Shown in pieces: positions 28,251-40,808 of a DNA stretch of 64,000 bases. The stretch is from NCBI RefSeq assembly GCF_009834535.1, contig NC_045697.1, forward strand, positions 46,254,001-46,318,000. The letters run 5' to 3'. Each line of letters starts with the position of its first letter. The first letter of the stretch is position 1. The notes under the pieces are model-generated. The model searched no databases, was not told the origin of the DNA, and worked only from the letters and a program-made list of their open reading frames with translations. The stretch comes from Camelus ferus. Lineage: Eukaryota. Position numbers and translations under genes: made by a program.

Positions 28251-28962
28251 CTCTTTCAAATGATGCAATTTTGCATCTAGTGTGTCCATGACTTAGAGTG
28301 CCCTGGTTTTGTTAATAGCATTTGGCTTATCTTTAAATTTGTTCTATGGTGCTGTTAGCTCTCTCTGATGTCAACTAAGGCTGACCTTTATTGGAAACTA
28401 TTTTCTGTTTCTATTGAGACTTAATGAAGACAGACGGCAACATGTATTTGAAGAAACATCTTTACAAGATCCTCTGTTGTACAAATGATGGCTAAGTGCA
28501 GAGTATGAAAGATAATGCATCAATTATAGATGGGACATCTGATCCAATTTTCAATCAATCAGTAACAGTATTTAATTTGATAAAAACTAACTAGTGTTTA
28601 AAATAGTCATCCCCTCTGTCTTTTGTCATTTAGTGATGACAATTTTAATGTAATAGATCCATTATGATATTTTGAACATTTGAACTTGTGTAATTACTTG
28701 GTGAGAATGGATTATGAACTATTTTGTATTTATGGAAATGATTGTTTAAAAATTTAATGATGTAAACTATTTGTATACAAACATTAAATCACAACACCTT
28801 TTAGTTGTTCTTTTCTTAATATAGCAACATGGTAAACTCTCGATGGAAAAATCAAATTTACAACAAATTTTATTTTCTAAACATGCATACACTTTCTTCT
28901 CTCACTTCTCCCCCCACCACATTCTCTTGCTCTTTGACTGTTTTTCATGTGGAAATGGTTTT

Positions 28963-29350
28963 GGTGAACTTAGTTTCAAATTATGGGTCTCAGGATTTCC
29001 AATATTTACAATTTATTTGAGAGGTTAGATGCTTTTTCACATAAATTAACTTTATTCTGCTTTATCTTAGTCCTTTTATGATTGCTGATTGCTCACTGGA
29101 TAGACATTTTTAATATTCTCATTAATTCATGCATTCATTCTGTATTTCGTAAGCATGGTGAACTTAGTTTCAAATTATGGGTCTCAGGATTTCCAATATT
29201 TACAATTTATTTGAGAGGTTAGATGCTTTTTCACATAAATTAACTTTATTCTGCTTTATCTTAGTCCTTTTATGATTGCTGATTGCTCACTGGATAGACA
29301 TTTTTAATATTCTCATTAATTCATGCATTCATTCTGTATTTCGTAAGCAT
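28963..29350. repeat. Perfect tandem duplication, 2 x 194 bp (28963-29156 and 29157-29350)
   Basis: Both copies run ggtgaacttagtttcaaa...tgtatttcgtaagcat with no mismatch found by eye; 1-nt (T) junction microhomology. Confidence 0.97.
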
Positions 29351-32300
29351 TTATTGGTTGTACTGCACGTACAAGACAACATGCTAGTCCTGAAAGGCTT
29401 GCACAGTATGTCATCCCATTTCTGTACTCAAAGAGTTCATCTTCCAACAGAAGACGTGACTCATACACTCAATATAAGGTCCTATGAAATAAAAAAAATC
29501 AAAATAAAGTTTAGAGAAAGATAGGTATGTTCTATGTGGATTATGTCAATTGGTAATTCCAGTTTTATGACTCATGGTCTAAACTGCTTGTCTTTCAATG
29601 AATGTGTTACCTGAATCACTTTTTCTTATCTTATTTTGTTAAAATAATTAAGTACAAATATTCAAGTAATCTAAGTATATTCTTACATATAATGTATACT
29701 TACAAGAATACTGTAATATACATTACTAAAAGATATAATTAATATTTAGTTATTCTTAATCTCTGCTTAATGTAATTTAATTTCTTTAATCTTAGACTTG
29801 AATAGAACATAAATTTCTAAATTATACTGGACATTTTCTTTAAATCAAAATACGTTACAGGGGATAAACAGCGACTGACTTTAGAGCAGTGGACCATCAA
29901 TGGTCCTTGTAGGTGTTCATTCTCCAGTTTTAAGGCACATTCCATAAGAATTAATCATTTGATCTTTACTATTGGAACTTTTCTATTTTAGAAATGTTTG
30001 GATGGAATATACCAAATTAGAAGAGGAAGTCAACCCACACACGTTTGTTTTAATGTTTGAGATCTGATTTAAATATGATCAGTATTTGAAGAAGAGAGAA
30101 AACCAACATAATTTCAGAAATTCACACACATCATTCTGGGCTGTATAGTCTTTGACATGGCCTTTGGAAAAAATCTCTTTATAACTTCTTGATTTACTTT
30201 ATCCTAAGGAAGTTTTAGAAAATGGTGTATATTTATAATAGACATAGTCTTTAAACCTCTCTCATATTTTTTTTTACTTTTTTAATATTTCTTTTTAATC
30301 CTTTTTACTTAAAAAAACAAACCAGACATCTCTATCTCCCCACAACAAGATGAGAAGTCTACATATGTGTTTGCTCTTAAAACTCTCTCCTACCTTTCTC
30401 TACCTTGACCTTATCATTTCAGTGTTATCTAGAAACTTAATTAGGGGTTAGTACATGTATATATTTTTTTCTTATTCTTTTCTTCAAATTTAACTGTTTT
30501 TAAATAACAACAACAACAAAAAACCTCTAACAAGATACTTATTCATCTATCTACCATACTATAAATTTATCTAATAGTTAAAATTCATAATATTTACTCT
30601 GAAGGCAATCAGTGGCCTGATGAGTGGCCTAATGTTGGTCTCCGGTATGTTAAAATCTGTGCATAGTGGTTGTTTCATTGCAAACTTAAAATTCCTTCTC
30701 AATTTTGTGAATTTGAATCAAGCATTTGTGTACCATTTGAAGTCCTCGGTAGAATACATTTTTTTCTTTACTAAGATATTTAAGTACTTTCACTTCATAT
30801 ATCTCATATAACATCTCTCGGGTTTTCCCTCTCACAATTTTCTGTGTTGAAACATTTTTCTGTACTGCTGATAGAGGTGTGTCTAAAATAACTAATAAAA
30901 AGTTTGTAAACTGTGAAATACTATCAGTCTCCTTAATGGGATTTATTTCTAAATAAATCCTTTCAGAATTGCTGGCAGATAAAATAGATTTGAGGGCTTT
31001 CTGTTTTCCTTTGACCTTCTGTTTTCGTAGCTTAGTTCTCATTTATCTCAAATCGGCCAAAGCTAAAGCAATAATGCCCCAATTTGTTAGCTGGAACCTT
31101 TTTAGCTTCATATTCCTTTGGCAGAACTTCTATATTCTGTTCCCTTCAGAGACTTGTTATCTGAAGTATGTCAAAATATTTAAAGATGTTAGTGATTTGA
31201 GATACTTTCCTTCCAAGAGGGCACATTAACCTTTGACAATGGCCCTCAATGGTTACCTAAATTCTTAATTGAACAAAACTCTTTCTTCAAAGGAGTGTCA
31301 ATTATAGGAGATACAATAGCAGACCAAGAGGTGTTTGGCACTGAAAGGTCTTTAAGTGACTATGAAATGTCTTTGGTCATTTCTGAGTTTAAATAGACCT
31401 CATTTGGAGTTTCTCAGATGTAAAATGTTACTCTGTTTGTTTCCTAATCACTGAAGCCTCTATCACTATATGAAAAGTCGATTCACTGGGAAGTCATCTT
31501 AAAAAGTACAAATGATTCCCTCTTTCAGAGATGCATATTCAGCAACAAAAATTCCGTGATTCGATCCAGCTGATTTTAAGAGTCGGACAATTTACATATC
31601 CACTGTTATTAAAGAAAGCACGGAAGGCATTTCTGTTTCCTGCCACAATTCTTCCTTCCTGTTTTAGTTATGAGCAAAAGATGCTAGAAATGACTGTACA
31701 TCATCTGTCTTCCACTTCCGTCAAGAAAGGAATGTCGTTCAGAGATCATCTGGAACTTGTCTGACTTTGCTAACGTAGCGCAGAGCAGTTCTAAAAATAA
31801 AGACAGGATTGTTGAGTCCATTAGGAGCAGCTCATTTCGTCATTGTTGTTTTTCGCCTGTAGCCTTGTGCCTTGTATGGTGGTTTCTGTTTCTCAGAACA
31901 AGTCTAAGAAAAGCCATTCTGTTCCTGTGCTCTGGGAATGCTGGAGTACAGAGTCTGTGTTTTTGAGAATAATGTTTGGCTCCCACAAGGAGCCTGTGTT
32001 CTGCAAGTGTAACGTTTGATGCATATAAGGAGGAATAGCATCCATGGGAATTGAGGCGGAGAAATTGAATAGAAATGCCAGAGTCAAATAAAAAAGTGTT
32101 TATTGATATTATATTGAATCTTTTAGTAGAAAACATTAAATTAGCATAATTAAACAGGAGGTCTGAATTGCTGTCTCGTTTTTGCCTGATGGGGAAAGTC
32201 AGCATGGATTTTATGGCCATCAGGAAATTTTAGTTATCTTTTCATATCCAAGGCTACCAGACTTTGAGGCAGCAACCCACTTTATCTGGGCTTATCTGTA

Positions 32301-32530
32301 GTTACTCTAATCAAATAAGGATTCCTACAGAATACAATCTTAGAATATATACTGAGAGACAACACAGAAATTTCGTAAGACCTCGGTAGTTGTATATATG
32401 ATAGTTAATAAATGTTCTCTGTCGTCTATTGAAGTTAAGGGGAGGACCACACGATTATTAGTGATCTTATGATTCATTTTACCTGTTAAGAGTTCGTTCT
32501 ATATCTTGGTCTTCTTTTTTTCCTTTTTAG

Positions 32531-32591
32531 ATATTAGCTCAATCATGCACTGAAGTCCTGGAATTGCGGCCCTCAAGTGTCTGTGTGGGGG
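32531..32591 (+). CDS. ANTXR2: ANTXR2 exon 8: ILAQSCTEVLELRPSSVCVG(E)
   Basis: Long pyrimidine tract and tttag acceptor, GGG|gtaagt donor, 61 nt; retains C218 and C230 equivalents. Confidence 0.97.
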
Positions 32592-33339
32592 GTAAGTGGT
32601 TAGAATTTAAAAATACCATGTAAGAAATTGTACTTTTTTTTCCTAGTTAAAATACATGATTTGAAACTCATGTTGGAAAGAGAATAACAAAATTAACTTT
32701 TTTGGCATCTTTTTCTGTAAGAATTTTTAAATAATTCCTTGAAATATTTCTATTTTAAATTCAAATTTTTAAGATTGGAGTGTTATTTTAAATAATGAAC
32801 ATATTGTGTGACAGGCTTTTAAAATCTTCTGTATATTTAGTTCATGTTTGAGACCTTTCCTCTGACAAGTAAAATAAAATAGGAATTTTCCCTTTTATCT
32901 GATTATACCAACAGTCATATATCTGTAGACTTTGGGCTCCAGGCCTCAGTGACCTGGCCAAAGTACAATACCTACCAGCTTAAGGCCCATAGAAAGTGAT
33001 TTATGGATGGATGACAGGGAAGAACCAGGTGGCTTCAGAGTTGGTGCTAAGAACGGACTCAGGTTTTAACACTTTCAAGCCATCCAACCCAAAGAGAGTG
33101 ATTCTCTCTGGCCTGTTCTAGTTCTTCTTCAAGTCTGACCTGCAGTTTACTTTAAGAAGGAGAGATATGGGGTCTGGTAGGGTAGGAAATGTGCTGTGCA
33201 GTTTACCACAGAGCTTCCCAACTGCTGGATGTGGGATGAAGTTCTGCATCTTTTAGACTCTCTAATTAAAGATTATTGAGTTATTTAAGAGGAATAATGG
33301 ATCTGAATATTCCAGAGCAGGATGGGATTCTTTGCATTT

Positions 33340-33490
33340 ATAATTTTACCTAATCCTCATAACAGTGCTATTTGACAGTTCTATAATCCCTGGTTCACAG
33401 ATGGGGAAACCGAGGCAGAGACAGGTTCAGTACTTGCTGTTAGTGGTGTCCTATTAGACTCTTGTCTGTCTGACTCCAGAGGCTCATGTT
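33340..33490 (-). mobile_element. MIR SINE
   Basis: taatcctcataacag...cagatggggaaaccgaggcagagacaggtt...tctgactccagag. Confidence 0.7.
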
Positions 33491-34397
33491 CCTTTTACTG
33501 AATTACATTTTAACTTTAAATGCATGACACTTTATTTTAACTTATAAGAAAAATTCCTTTCATAACACACTGTATGGAGAGTGGCATGGCAGTATTTTCT
33601 TTCACAGTTAATTACCGTATATATGCTAGATTATCTTGGGTAGGAAGTCTTTGAGAGGACTGAAAGTTAATCAGTGTTGGAATAGTTGAGATACCTTCTT
33701 ATAGCAAAGCAGCGAACATTTAGTTGCCATTCAAGACATTTGATCAGTTAACTATTCTTCTAGCAGGTTATCTCACCCTCTAACATTTAGTGACTGCTCC
33801 TCTTACGCAGAGTACAAGCTAAATCAGCTTTCTTCAGTGATGACCATAGGTTATTAGTCCAAAATGCACGACTGTTGATGTGTTATAAGGTTGCATGCAA
33901 CTGAAAATAAAACTGGGATTAGGGGCATGGAGAAGCTGTTAAAGAACTCTGTGTGGAGTGTCAGAGATTAAAGAAAACATAACACATGACTGTTCAAAGA
34001 ACCAGAGAACCTGAGGCATTAATTTCTTTAAATTCGCATTCCTCAGTACCTGACAGGAGAGAAAAACATAGTTTTCTTTCCTGCGGATATTTTCCTAAGA
34101 TGGCAAGTTCTTTCCTAAGAATTTGAGCAAGATTCTATTGTGTCTGTCTGGGAATGACTGTTATGCTTCAATTCTAATATCTTGGTCACTATTGGAAAAC
34201 ACTTTGTTTAAAAATAAAATAATGGGTCTCCGTGTGACAGTGAGTGGTAGTGTCACCGCATTTCCCTAGAGGGTCGAAGAAAGTGAGAAGAGCCCATCTT
34301 CCTTGTTATTAGTTGGCTGAATAGAAATAAGAAATTCATTTTGTGCATCTTGATCCTTTTAAGTTATGTCTCTTTGTTATTTTTTGTAAAGCAGTGA

Positions 34398-34577
<180 letters not shown>

Positions 34578-36353
34578 TGACAAGAGTTTTCCTCTTTTCC
34601 CCAAATGAAACTGTGCTATATGTATGTTTTTAATCAGTGAGGAGAGAAATGAAGTCCAGTCGTAATACCAAGTAGTAATAATAATTAGTTGATGGTTATT
34701 AATAGTGGAAACATTTGCTCATAACTTAGTATTTGCTGGACCCTATCCTGAGTAGCCTTTTTTATACAAATGATGGGCTAGTGGCTGAAAAAGTCAAATA
34801 ACTTGCCTGCGGGGGCACAACGAATAATGAGCAGAGCTGAGAGATGAGCCCAGTTTTCTTGACTGTCTTCTGTATGGACTACATGCACTGCTTGATTTAA
34901 TTGCCTCTTTCTCCAGATTTATTTCTTGTCACTTTTGCCTGAAAATCTGACTATCTTGGACTACTCTATTATTTATTGCCTTATTTTATTGTCACTTGTT
35001 TTCTTCATCTAATTTTCCGATAATTTGTCAGCCAGTTTCTTGAAGACAAGCTTTTTGCCTTTCAGATACATTGTATCTTCAATGCCCACCCAGCACAGTG
35101 TTCATTGATAATTATCATATTTAAGAAATTAGGTTTTATTTTTCCCTTGCTTGGCTTTCAGAAAAGCAGATGAGTATAATGTTTTCATCTTCATTCTGAG
35201 TAAAAACTCCTCCTCTTTAAATAGATCTTAGTATTCGGAGCATTCTGGATCTCTACTGAGACATTTTCGCCTCATTGACAATTACGTTGTCTTCTAAGGT
35301 TTTATACTCTACGGCAGATGCTACGATTCTATGAACTCTGGTGGAATTATTTTTTGAGAGGTTCATCTACAATTTTATTGTTTATCTGATGGTTCTAAGC
35401 CCTCTGGTTAGCACAGCTTTGGCTACATACGCAGTAACTGCTCAATATGTGTTTGTTTAATTGAAGTGTGAGGATCTCAGCATGGTAAATGCCATGATTA
35501 ATTCCTCTCTTTCCTATCCGATCATCATTTTAGTAAGGCAAGACAGTGATATTTGTAACAAACTCTCTTCCTAGGAGGTTCTACAACTGAAAAGGACAGA
35601 ATAATTTTAGTGTTCTTATTCAGTAGTCATCTGTATCTAGGCGTTAGCTTTACCTAACTCCTTTGGATTACACATTTAAGTTGATTACACTATAAACATA
35701 TTTTATACTTAGCTATATAAGGTTAAATTTATTAAAGTAAATCCTCAAACAAATGAATTAAATCATACTGTATTTTATTTTCATCATTCACCTTCTAGGA
35801 TTATCCATTTGATTATGTAACTTTTCGGAATATTTATAGTCTAGATAATTTTTCTCATAAATTCTTAAAATTACAAGGGCAGTGTAAACATTCAGCTTTA
35901 TAAAATGTATTTATGTATCATAGACATAATTATTTTAGTAAACTCTTAAAATAAATTTATTATCTTTTGGACATTTGTCTTCTTTACTCCATCATTTTTA
36001 AATTGTGCTTTTAAAATATATATCACTTATCCTTAACAATCTAATACATTAGCATAATGAGGAGGAAAGTTGATAATTTTATAGTATCTACAAGCTGCAT
36101 GTGAACTTACTCTATGTCAAAAAATCATCATTTATAATTTACCAATATTATATATCAATGAGGCATATAATCTCTATTTTTCATTCTCTATTCCTTCTCA
36201 TCTTTCTTCCGATGAGTATCTTTTTGGTTTTTCATGCTAATATAGCTAATGTTCCACACTTGAACTCTGATTGCTACATGTCTTCATATTATTAATGAAA
36301 ATGTGTGAGATACATAAAACCCTTTATTAATTCAATGGCATTTTATTTTCCAG

Positions 36354-36423
36354 GTGTAATGCCGGTAAGTGTGGAACGTAATTCTATGCTTTGTCCTGCA
36401 CCTGCCCTGCATGAAGTTGGAGA
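36354..36423 (+). CDS. ANTXR2: ANTXR2 exon 10: (S)[22 protein letters not shown](E)
   Basis: ttttccag acceptor, AGA|gtaagt donor, 70 nt; MLCPAP motif retained. Confidence 0.96.
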
Positions 36424-36739
36424 GTAAGTATTTCATTAAAAACATTTAGGAACTTTTTAGCTACAAATTAGGAAATGGTGACAAAATATACATTAGTTGT
36501 TTTATTTTATCTTTTCTTGATCTGCAGATTAAATATGAAATAGTAAACACTAGGCAAATTACTGTGGTTATGATTTAACTATACATATTCTTAGTAGGTT
36601 GAAAATGGTAAAGCCTGTTTTATCTTGTTTCTTAAGTATTGATTAAAAGCCTCTATAAATATTTAAATGGATAGGATTGGGAACTATTGTTATGGCCTTT
36701 AAATGAGCCACAGCCATTATTTTGGACTGTAGAGTATTG

Positions 36740-36744
<5 letters not shown>

Positions 36745-36779
<35 letters not shown>
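36745..36779. repeat. (AC)17 microsatellite
   Basis: Pure AC run. Confidence 0.95.
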
Positions 36780-36781
<2 letters not shown>

Positions 36782-37719
36782 GTTTCAAAGTGGGATTTTG
36801 ATGAATTACCATAGTATTTAAGTATAAAGATTAAAAAGCTGAAGGCTTAATAAAGCATACCTTAGTCTAGGAAATATTTGTTCTTTAATTGATGTTCCAG
36901 TCCTGTTAATGTCTATATTTTCATGTTCTTTGGTGTGGTAATAAACCGTAATGATAGCTGGTTAAAATAAAGGATGTTTAGTTTGGAAGGGTTTTTATTT
37001 TAATCATCTATACACAGATAATTTTACCAGCAACTTAATATTTCCATTTGCAGTTTTTTCCCCTGCCTTCTCTACTATGAAGGAAATAATTGCAAATAGT
37101 TCAAATGCTCTCTAGTTCAACAGTAGTGGATGCAATACGTTTAGGATAATGAATAGAATACAGTTTTCAAGAATCACTTTATACTGATCTTGCACCTAGA
37201 GCAGAGAAAACTAAAAAATATAAGGCCCTAGTCCAAACTCTGAGTTAGTGTTCAGAGAGTGAAGACTGTGTTTTCCTTTGTGACCTAAGAGAATCATTTT
37301 AGTAGTTTGAAGTTGACTTGAGCACTTGACATTTGTGGATGCTTAAATATTCAAGCTATTGGACATCACTTCTCATCATCCAAGGAAACTGGAGCTGGTG
37401 TCAGCTTTCTATTTTAAATCCATTAAAAGTCTGGATAATATGACTTATAAAAGCAAGACTACCAGAATCTTTTTTATTTCTATAAGAAAGTATTTATTTT
37501 CTGTGTCATGTAGTAATCTCGTCTTATTGATAACATGCTTATGGTTCAATTAGACTGGCCTTGGAGTTCGAGGCAGGTCCATTTTGCATGGAGCCATCTT
37601 TACCCTAGGGGCACACTGGGGCTCAGTGGCTTTCTGAGTTATAATGTCTCGTATGATAGCAGTATTAAATCTATTGACTTCAAGTTTGGTCTTACTTTAT
37701 TGAATCTGTAATTCTGTAC

Positions 37720-38548
37720 TGATGTTCCTGATTGCCCCCCTACCAGTCTGCTTTCAGAGCTGTCTTCTGTATCTGAGCCACTGGCAGCCCCATCCTTCCT
37801 GTTGTTCAGGTAACCTTTGAGTTGTTACTGATCTCTTACACACAGCCAGTCAGCAAATCTCAGCTCTGCTTTCAAAGTGTGTTCAGAATGCAGTCCTCCC
37901 CACCACCTGCACTGATGGCAATCCTAGACCAAACTGCTGCCTTTTCTTGCTTAGTGTATTCACCTCTCAACTGGGCTTTCTGCCTCTGTCCTTGGCAAAA
38001 GGGATCCTGTTCAAACAGGTCAGTTTATGTCGCCCCTGGAGGATGAGCTCCTCATTACGTTCAGGGTGAATGCCTCATCACTGCAGTGTTCCTCGGGGTT
38101 CCTCAGGATTTGGCCCTCACTGTGTCTCCAGCTTCATCTTCTTTTTGCCCCTTCTGTCGTGGTCATGCTGGCCTCTTTGTTGTTCCTTAACCATGTGGGC
38201 TTCCGCCCACACCAGCACTTTTTACACTTGCTGTTCTCTGCTTGAAATACTCTTCCCCTCATGTCTCACTCTCTTTTCTCAACTTCTTCAGGTTTTGTTC
38301 AGATGTCAACTTCTCAGTAAGACCTTCCCAGTCACCCTAATCAGACAACCTCCCCCCGTCTTGAGTTTAACACTCTCCATTCCCTTTTCAAGGTTTACTT
38401 TTTCTTCAAAGCATTTATCTGTTTGTTATTGTGTCTCCTTCTTGTTAGGAATGAATTTTGTTTGTTTCTTGCTGTGTCTCTAGCACCTAATGCCATGCCT
38501 GACACACAGCAGATTCACTGAATGTTTGCTACGTGAAAGAATGAATAC
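37720..38548 (+). mobile_element. L2 LINE 3' region
   Basis: cagtcagcaaatctcagctctgctttcaaa...cagatgtcaacttctcagtaagaccttcc...tagcacctaatgccatgcctgacacacagcag...gaatgaat. Confidence 0.75.
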
Positions 38549-40808
38549 ATTTTTCTCAAACATTTTGATTTACTGTGTATAGAAGGAGCAAACAGTGCGT
38601 TTGACGTCTGGGTATATCAGGTAGGAGAAAAGTCCTCGGAATTCTGTTTGGAAGGTCCTACCATTGCAGAGAGCACAAAACTATCTTGGCTTTTTCATAG
38701 TAACTACTAGTTCAGGAGGACAGCTTTCTTTTTTCTCCTAAGTGGTTATAGAATGCCTGTCCTGTTCAGCACTGAATTTGTTTTCTCTAGAATTTGCCTT
38801 GGGGCACAGTCTCTTTTTGAAGAGACTACCATGGAGAATTCTGATATTCTTTAGTGACTGGTAGATTGGCTAAATACTCCAGAGATGTGATTTTTAATAG
38901 TCATGTAAGATGTAATAAGTATCAGGCATGAAAAATCATCATTTGTTTGGCTTTTGATGTTAATATTTCACCTACAAGCAAACTGAGAATGTTTTGGAAG
39001 GAGAGCTGTCTAAAATAATTACTTTGACTTTCCTTTTTTTTTTGTTGTTGTGTCAAGTACATAAAACCACTGAGGCAAAATTTACGAGATTTTATTTGTT
39101 ACTGTACTGGCTATTTGATGATATCGTTATTTGTTCTCCTAAGTATGTTGCAAGTAGTTTGGACCTTTCCTCTGCTTGAATTTTCTTCAGATATTTTTGT
39201 GGGTGATGAGCTGTCATATGAGATTGGATTAAAACCAACACAACTGAAACCATTTAGCCTTGTAAGGTGACTGATGCTTAATATGTTTGTCTAATTAGCT
39301 TTTGGCTAAGGATTCAAACCCATTAAGTAGCTAGTTAGTCTATGTTTCAAATAAACACATCTGGCCCCACAATGAACGAAGGCTTTTCCTACGCGAGGGT
39401 GACAGATGTGGTGATGGTTCCCCTTATTCTCTCACTTAAATAATTCACAACGTGCTGGTGAAGTGACCCCAGACGGCCAGCCTCAAAGCCAGCTGCATCG
39501 TCTCAGAGCTGGATCCATGGGCACGTGCCTCATCTCGTTAGCGTGCTCTTTCAGTTCCCTTCTCATCTTTCTGTCACTTCCTGCATTACGTTTTCTTCGA
39601 GCATTGTTCGTTTCAACGCCCAGGGCTCACGAATTTTGGTTTGAAAGAGAGTTAACGTGAAGATGTTTACTTGGAGATGGGGCCTAAGGATGTAGCAAAG
39701 TAGCTGGAACCTGGGTTTGCATTTGGAAATTGATGTCACAGAGTAAACAAAAGCTAAAGCTCTCTGGGCAGTCTTGTCCAGGTATCTAGCATTGCTGGAA
39801 TGGGTCTTTGGAGTACCTTCTTTGAGAGACATCTCTATTAAATTTCTCCATTCAGGATAGAATTTCAGACTGAGATAAACAAATTCTTAAAATTCTGTTT
39901 TAATACAAACAGAAAGAAGGATGGTAGCACTGAGATTATTCTTTTCTATTTTTTCCACTGGATATAATTTAATTTTAAAATGTCATATGGTTAAATCAAT
40001 TGTCTTACCTAAAAAACATCTGTAGATTGTTTGGGAGTTAATTTCTGCCAGTGGTTCATTCGCACCAAAACCTCCTAAGTGTGAGTAGGAAGGACTGTGT
40101 GAAGTTCTGTGAAGCCCGCCCATCTGAGGGCGCTCACCTCTTGGGCTGATGTGCAGGCGCCATCAGTTCTTGCAAAATGGGCTTGTTCTCTGAGCCTTGT
40201 TTAGTGAGACTTCGACAATAGCACAGCTGCTCTGGAATAGTTGAGATCTCAAACCTGTAATTTGGCAAGAAGAACAGAGCAAATTGGGTAAATATACATA
40301 AACACATTGTGAAGAAAGAAAAACAGAACAGAATGAACCAGAGCCTTATCCTACAGCTTGTCTGATAGAAATGATTTAAGGAGGCATATGGTATAGTTAA
40401 ATGTGCTTTCAGAAACATTGGCCAGAATCTTCTGGCAAATATGAAATAAATATCTAAATCAGATGAAACTGATAGTATTAGTTCTCTTAAAAGGCAGCGT
40501 GGGAAGACAGTTGACAGAAGCGGTGGGACATCAGCGTATGTGGAACATTTTAAGCATCTGATACCGAAGAATCATTGAGATGGATGTGTGGCAGACTTGG
40601 GGTTAAAGCCTGACTTGGTAATAGAGTCTTTGTGTTCTCCTCAACATTGTTACTTTTTCAATATAATTCATTTTGCCTGGAATAACACTGATTAATTCTA
40701 TTTCCCTTTCTTGGTTGAACAAAACTGCCTTTTTAGCACAACTTCTCACATGAACACTTAAAATATATATACCAGTATGTGTATGTTAGGTGAACTTATT
40801 TTATCAGA

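Noticed and set aside
28963..29350. Direct repeat read as a CRISPR array or LTR pair
   Set aside because: Eukaryotic intron; two abutting copies with no spacer or internal region.
31480..31960. Repeat-free, motif-rich stretch before exon 8 as a possible enhancer
   Set aside because: Cannot be supported without cross-species alignment or chromatin data.
38070..38483. 137-aa hydrophobic ORF and overlapping ORFs
   Set aside because: Lies within a pyrimidine-rich L2 remnant; chance ORFs.
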